A DNA stretch of 64,000 bases from positions 576,001 to 640,000 of the forward strand of contig OZ250172.1 in NCBI GenBank assembly GCA_965237905.1, read 5' to 3'. Position 1 is the stretch's first letter. Each line of letters begins with the position of its first letter. Shown here piece after piece: positions 58,930 to 64,000 of the stretch. Below the pieces are notes generated by a model. The model was not told the DNA's origin. It did no database searches and was given only the letters and a program-made list of their open reading frames with translations. The position numbers were made by a program, and so were the translations under genes. This DNA is from Nitrospinaceae bacterium. GTDB lineage: Bacteria > Nitrospinota > Nitrospinia > Nitrospinales > Nitrospinaceae.

Positions 58930-60318
58930 CTACCGCACCCGCCATGTATCCTTTTCACGCCCGGTATGGTTGGCTTCGGCCAACCGGTGTATCTTGAGGA
59001 TTTTTTCCACCAGTTCTCCGATGTCCCGCGCCAGCACACGGATCATCTCCTCCTTGCCCTGCCCTCCCAGATCGTAAATGATATCGGGCACGAACCCGCA
59101 TTGCTTGATCGCTGTGTGCGTTCCCCACTCTAAAGAAGAGCCTTCCTTTTGCTTGACACTTTTGGGTTCTTTGGCGCGATCGAACGATGCAATCTTGAAT
59201 TTCAGTTTCTTGCAGGCTTTCAGGATGAGATCACTGAACTTGATATTCATTACTGCCCGCATTTCAGGGTCAAAGTGCATGGCCGTCAATACGATTTTAG
59301 CAACATGTTGCGAGGCTCCGAATTGCGGTGCGGCCACGGTAAAAATGTTGTTCCCGTTTTTGACGATCCGTCCCGGAATAGCTGCCACATCCTCCGCCCC
59401 CAGAGCGCCGGGAAGACCGACCCCGATATTCGACTGCACTTCCGGAATCAGTAAGCCGATCCGGTTTCCCTTCAACACATCGACAGCAGCGGACAGGCCC
59501 TGAATCACTTGGAATCGTTTTTGTGTTTTGAACAGAGACGCCATCGGGTTTACGCTTCCCGAGCCGTCTCCCCTTCCAACACCGTTGGCGATGCCCGCCA
59601 TTACCAGCCCTTTGGCCTTTTGAATCGCCGAGGACACATCCAATCCCAGGGCCAATCCCGATACGATAGCAGCAGAAAGCACGCATCCGGTTCCGTGCCA
59701 ATCTTTTTTGCCAATCCGATCGCCTTCAAAAGTAAAATGCCGTTTGCCGTCAAAGAAAAAATCGTCCGCATCGTTTTTGGAATGCCCGCCTTTGATCAAT
59801 ACGTTGCGGGCTCCGAGTTTACAAATCGCCTTGGCGGCTTTCAGCCGGTCCTGCGGGCGGGTAATGCGAATGCCCGATAAAATCTCCGCTTCGGGAATAT
59901 TCGGCGTCACCAGTAACGCCAACGGCAGGAGTTTCTCTTTGAGCGCTTCCACTCCCTTTTTGGAGAGCAGAGTTTTTCCGCTGGAGGACTTGATCACCGG
60001 GTCCACCACCAGATTTTTGACCCGCATCTTCTTTAACAGGCGGGCGACGCATTCCACCAGCGCCTCGTTACCCAGCATGCCGGTTTTGACGGCGGCGGGT
60101 TTGGCATCTTCCAGCACGGCTTTCAGTTGCGCCTCCACTTCTTCGAGTGACAGATCGAAGGTGGCCTGCACGCCTTTTGAATTCTGGGCGGTGATGGAGG
60201 TGATGACCGATGTCGCAAACAACTCATGGGCGGAAATGGTTTTGATGTCCGCCTGAATACCGGCCCCGCCGCTGGAGTCGGAACCGGCAATCGTCAATAC
60301 TGATGAAACCTGTTTCAT
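58930..60318 (-). CDS. thiD: HMP/HMP-P kinase fused to a ThiN thiamine-phosphate synthase domain (ThiDN)
   Basis: IAGSDSSGGAGIQAD, KTGML, HGTGC; C-terminal IPEVQSNI...PGRI...FGASQHVA...GKEEMIRV. Confidence 0.9.
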   Translation of the reverse strand: MKQVSSVLTIAGSDSSGGAGIQADIKTISAHELFATSVITSITAQNSKGVQATFDLSLEEVEAQLKAVLEDAKPAAVKTGMLGNEALVECVARLLKKMRVKNLVVDPVIKSSSGKTLLSKKGVEALKEKLLPLALLVTPNIPEAEILSGIRITRPQDRLKAAKAICKLGARNVLIKGGHSKNDADDFFFDGKRHFTFEGDRIGKKDWHGTGCVLSAAIVSGLALGLDVSSAIQKAKGLVMAGIANGVGRGDGSGSVNPMASLFKTQKRFQVIQGLSAAVDVLKGNRIGLLIPEVQSNIGVGLPGALGAEDVAAIPGRIVKNGNNIFTVAAPQFGASQHVAKIVLTAMHFDPEMRAVMNIKFSDLILKACKKLKFKIASFDRAKEPKSVKQKEGSSLEWGTHTAIKQCGFVPDIIYDLGGQGKEEMIRVLARDIGELVEKILKIHRLAEANHTGREKDTWRVR

Positions 60319-60423
60319 AGTCACACAATCCTTTAATCAAAATTCAGCAGGCTTTCCAAAGACCGACCGTTGAACTGAAGGGTTTATTTAAATCAAACGT
60401 TGGGGAGTGGTCCGGGCAACAGC

Positions 60424-62244
60424 CTAACCCACAGTGACCGATTTGGCAAGAGAGCGAGGTTTGTCGACGTTCCTTTTCAGAGAGGTGGCCGTGAAATATG
60501 CGAACAGCTGGGCGATGACCATCTGAATCAGGGGTGCGATGACAGGCGGAACCGGCGGCAGAATCAATTCCTCGTTGAACAGTTTCTGGTTTCGGTTGCG
60601 TTCGTCGAAGTGGATTCCCAAAACGAACCCGTCACGGGCGCGGATTTCCGACACACTGGCCAGGGTAGCCTCGTACAGTTCTTTTTCGGAATTGGGAGGG
60701 ATGAACACAATTGAATTAATGTCCGAATCGATCATGGCCAGGGTGCCGTGCTTCAAAAATCCGCAGGGCATCCCTTCGGCATGGACATAAGCGACTTCCT
60801 TCATTTTCAGGGCGGATTCCAGGGCGATAGGATAATACATGCCGCGGCCCAGATACAGCCAGTTTTTGACATTCCGGTGGCTGTGGGCGATCCGGTGAAT
60901 AAAACCTGAACGTTCGTTCAAAATGCTCTCGATAATGCCCGGCAGGGACTTGAGTGACTCCATGTATTTGTCATACGCTTTTTGAGTCATATTTTTATTT
61001 TTGACTCCCAACTTCAAAGCGGTGCGGGTAAACAGAATCATCTGCGCCAAAGCCGCCTTGGTGCTGATCACACAGATTTCCGGTCCCGATCCCTGCAGAA
61101 CCGGGCAATCAACCATTCGGGAGAGGGTCGACCCCATCACATTCACAATAGCGCCGGTTTTTGCGCCGCGAGACTTGGCATGCTTGAGAGCGGATATCGT
61201 GTCATAGGTCTCCCCGGACTGGGAAGCGGCCAGCACAAAACTGTCTTTGTCCGCTGGCGACAGGGATACAAATTCATCCGAACTGATGGCGGGGATGTAT
61301 CTTCCCGCCAGCGAGGAAAATATGTAGTCGGCATACATCGTCACATAATAAGTCGTCCCGACACCGACCAACTGGGTGTTTTTGCTTTTATGGATCATGC
61401 TCACGAGGCGGTCGATGGTTGCCTCTTCCACCTCCATCGCATTCAAAACGGTCTGCGGCTGTTCGTAAATCTCCTTGAGCATATAATGCGGATACCCGCC
61501 TTTTTTGGACGTTTCGCTATCCCATTCGATCCGCGTGATGGGCTTGTCCACTTCTTCTTTCGTGACAAAGTTTTTGACAGTGTAGCCGTCCTTGGAGACG
61601 ATGGCGTATTCGTCGTCATCGATGATCACTGCATTTTTGGTGTGGTCGATGAACGCGTTGAAATCCGATCCAATGAACTTCACTTCGTCGCCGATACCCA
61701 ACAATAAAGGCGATTCCCTTTTGGCGCAATAAAGCTGATCGGGTTCATAATTACTGATAAAAGCCATCGCGAAGGTACCCTCCAATTGCTCGATGGCTTG
61801 CAACAGGCTGGCCTCGACATTCCCCGTTTTTTTATAGGCATTTTCCAACAAGTGAGGGATGACTTCTGTATCGGTGTCCGACAGGAACCGGTGCCCTTCT
61901 TTTCGGAGACGGTCTTTCAGTTCCAGATGATTGGAGATAATACCATTGTGAATGACGGCGAAATTATTATCGCAGGATAAAAAGGGGTGCGTGTTGTTGC
62001 GGGTGACCTGTCCGTGTGTGGCCCAGCGGGTATGAGCGATACCCAGGTGAGAGGAATGCCTCAGAATATTTTCTTTCTGATAAACATCGTTCACGCCTCC
62101 CACATTTTTTTTGACGATGATGCTCTTCCGGTTCATCAAAGCCACGCCACAGGAATCGTAGCCCCGGTATTCCAGGTTACGAATGCCGTCGAACAAAACG
62201 TTCGATATATCTTTCAGGCCGACGGCCCCGGTAATCCCACACAT
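60424..62244 (-). CDS. glmS: Glutamine--fructose-6-phosphate aminotransferase
   Basis: MCGI, LEYRGYDS, HTRWATHG, SQSGET, PRSLAKSVTV. Confidence 0.96.
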   Translation of the reverse strand: MCGITGAVGLKDISNVLFDGIRNLEYRGYDSCGVALMNRKSIIVKKNVGGVNDVYQKENILRHSSHLGIAHTRWATHGQVTRNNTHPFLSCDNNFAVIHNGIISNHLELKDRLRKEGHRFLSDTDTEVIPHLLENAYKKTGNVEASLLQAIEQLEGTFAMAFISNYEPDQLYCAKRESPLLLGIGDEVKFIGSDFNAFIDHTKNAVIIDDDEYAIVSKDGYTVKNFVTKEEVDKPITRIEWDSETSKKGGYPHYMLKEIYEQPQTVLNAMEVEEATIDRLVSMIHKSKNTQLVGVGTTYYVTMYADYIFSSLAGRYIPAISSDEFVSLSPADKDSFVLAASQSGETYDTISALKHAKSRGAKTGAIVNVMGSTLSRMVDCPVLQGSGPEICVISTKAALAQMILFTRTALKLGVKNKNMTQKAYDKYMESLKSLPGIIESILNERSGFIHRIAHSHRNVKNWLYLGRGMYYPIALESALKMKEVAYVHAEGMPCGFLKHGTLAMIDSDINSIVFIPPNSEKELYEATLASVSEIRARDGFVLGIHFDERNRNQKLFNEELILPPVPPVIAPLIQMVIAQLFAYFTATSLKRNVDKPRSLAKSVTVG

Positions 62245-62256
62245 AAAGTTGACTTC

Positions 62257-63462
62257 CTATTTATTGGACACGGAATAATGAGCGGGCAGAACCTTACCCG
62301 GCGGCACGATGGTGCCGGGCTCAATGGAATTCCCCGCTCCAATGACGACATCATCCCCGATGAACGCACCCAATTTCAGGATACCTGTGTCTTTGGCTTT
62401 CTTTTGATGCTTGACCTTGATGGTGCTCCAGTCCAACTGCCGGTTAACGGTCATCGTTCCGGCACCGATGTCCACATTCTCTCCTAAAACACTGTCGCCA
62501 ATAAATGACAGGCGGCCAATATGGGAATTTTTCTGCACCACGCAGTTTTTCAGCTCCACCCCGTAACCGACGGAGCAGTTGTCCCCCAGGGCGGTGTAAC
62601 TGCGGATCAGGGAGTTGTTTCCGATATAGCATCCCTTGCCGATGGAACAGGGTCCCTCCAGCACCGCCCCCGCTTTAATAATGACATCATCTTCAATATG
62701 AACTGTTCCCTGAATGGTCACATTCGCTTCCAGAGTCACTGTTTTGGATATCCGCGAGTGCTCCCAGGAATCCATGATGATTTTGTTGGCCCTCAGAATT
62801 TCCCAAGGGTAGACGACATCCAGCCACTCGTCTTCCCACATGGAGGCCCGCAGACCCTCGTCCTTGACCAGCGCCTTGATCGCCTTTTCCATAGAGCGGC
62901 CATTCTTCTCCAGCAAGCCAAAAAAGCTTTCTGGAAGGATATAGACCCCGGACAACACATAATTGCCAAGGTTATCGCCCTTCGGCTTCTCAATGATTTT
63001 GGTGATGTTCATGTTGGCGTTCAGAAACACATTGCCGAACATCTCGTTGGAAGGCGGCAGGCAGATGGAAGCCACCGGCCCCTTGAAAGCGTGAAACGAT
63101 TGCTGGGTTTTGGTGAAGATATTCTCCGCGGTCACAATATCTCCGTAAATCAAAAGGAAATATTCACCCGGTAGAATCTTATCCTTGATCTTCAGCACCG
63201 CATCGCCGATGCCGCCGGCCCGACTCTGTACCATATACTGAAGGTTCAAGCCGTTATGCACATGCTCGCCGATTTGCTCAACCAATTTGTCCTTCTGATG
63301 GCCCACCACCACAAAAATATCATTGACTCCGGCTTTCTGGAGCAGGTCGAGGCTGTGATCGAACAAATATTTCCCGGCCACACTGATCATGGGATTGGGC
63401 CGGGTGTCGGTAAAGGGTTTCAGGTTGTCACCTTTACCCGCGGCAAGGATTACAGCTTTCAT
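62257..63462 (-). CDS. Archaeal-GlmU-like nucleotidyltransferase/LbH acetyltransferase
   Basis: AVILAAG N-domain, WLDVVYPWEIL linker, hexapeptide repeats, LSFIGDSVLG, KLGAFIGD. Confidence 0.85.
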   Translation of the reverse strand: MKAVILAAGKGDNLKPFTDTRPNPMISVAGKYLFDHSLDLLQKAGVNDIFVVVGHQKDKLVEQIGEHVHNGLNLQYMVQSRAGGIGDAVLKIKDKILPGEYFLLIYGDIVTAENIFTKTQQSFHAFKGPVASICLPPSNEMFGNVFLNANMNITKIIEKPKGDNLGNYVLSGVYILPESFFGLLEKNGRSMEKAIKALVKDEGLRASMWEDEWLDVVYPWEILRANKIIMDSWEHSRISKTVTLEANVTIQGTVHIEDDVIIKAGAVLEGPCSIGKGCYIGNNSLIRSYTALGDNCSVGYGVELKNCVVQKNSHIGRLSFIGDSVLGENVDIGAGTMTVNRQLDWSTIKVKHQKKAKDTGILKLGAFIGDDVVIGAGNSIEPGTIVPPGKVLPAHYSVSNK

Positions 63463-63512
63463 GGTTTAACTTTCGAATTCGGTTGATTGGGGGAAACGAT
63501 GGTGCCGGTCCG

Positions 63513-64000
63513 TCAGGCCTGAACAATCTGTTCGGCTTTTTTTAAATCTTCGGAAGAATTGATTCCGAAAATCTCATCCGCGTCCTGGGTCGAATGGCAC
63601 GCCACAGCATGCCCGTTCCGCGAGAGAATTCCAACCGTATCGGTCAGATAGTACTCCCCTTGCGCGTTGCTGGAGTCGACTGAAGCTAACGTCTTGAAAA
63701 GAATGCCTTTATTAAAACAATAAACTCCAGAGTTGTATTCGTCAATGGTTTTTTCCTGTTCGCTGGCATCCCGGACCTCCACGATGCGCAAAACGGCCCC
63801 CCCCGGACTGCGGACCACCCGCCCGAAATCCTTCTTTTCCCCGGTTTTAAGGCTCAACAGGGTGCATCCGGCGCCGGTTTCGTGATGTATGCGAAGCAAG
63901 GCCTGGAGGGTTGCAGATTGGATCAGCGGCATGTCCCCGCACAGGACCAGAACATCTCCCTCAAAGTCCTCCAAAGCGGCCCGGGCTTGCAGAACCGCAT
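63513..64000 (-). CDS. Bacterial GlmU-type uridylyltransferase domain only, 5' end outside window
   Basis: LCGDMPLI, FGRVVR, IVEVRDA, EYNSGVY, NAQGEYYLTD, GINS; stops before any LbH domain. Confidence 0.85.
   Translation of the reverse strand, partial: AVLQARAALEDFEGDVLVLCGDMPLIQSATLQALLRIHHETGAGCTLLSLKTGEKKDFGRVVRSPGGAVLRIVEVRDASEQEKTIDEYNSGVYCFNKGILFKTLASVDSSNAQGEYYLTDTVGILSRNGHAVACHSTQDADEIFGINSSEDLKKAEQIVQA

Noticed and set aside
62245..62256. glmS ribozyme
   Set aside because: Only 12 nt separate glmS from the upstream gene, leaving no room

Overview
This is a gene-dense bacterial chromosomal segment, mostly housekeeping: bioD, bioA, def, fhs, queD, thiO, map, era, hemW, mazG, gatB, bcp, pepP, uvrB, mreBCD-mrdA, a PpiD/SurA-like chaperone, thiDN and glmS. 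The gene content suggests a Nitrospina-like organism, which is an unverified inference. I found no rRNA, tRNA, CRISPR array, integrase or transposase. Seven things stand out. (1) A coupled five-gene operon at 5768-12477 (SPT-like oxoamine synthase, GNAT, extended SDR, CDP-alcohol phosphotransferase, MMPL exporter) reads as a phosphosphingolipid synthesis and export system. (2) A 3.6 kb stack of AT-rich orphan genes between an SDR gene and gatB has junctions built from diverged copies of neighbouring gene 3' ends and a repeated promoter-like block, with no recombinase nearby. (3) An AT-rich GxxExxY nuclease-family gene sits inside perfect 17-bp inverted repeats. (4) A Fur-box-preceded operon encodes DUF2325, a porin and two FMN-binding proteins. 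(5) GlmU appears split between a bacterial N-terminal domain and an archaeal-type protein with a degenerate NTP-binding motif, next to an archaeal-type ThiDN fusion. (6) Tandem csp genes share a conserved structured 5' leader. (7) A TfoX-family pseudogene is missed by the ORF track. All protein calls come from motif recognition by eye; no database searches were run.
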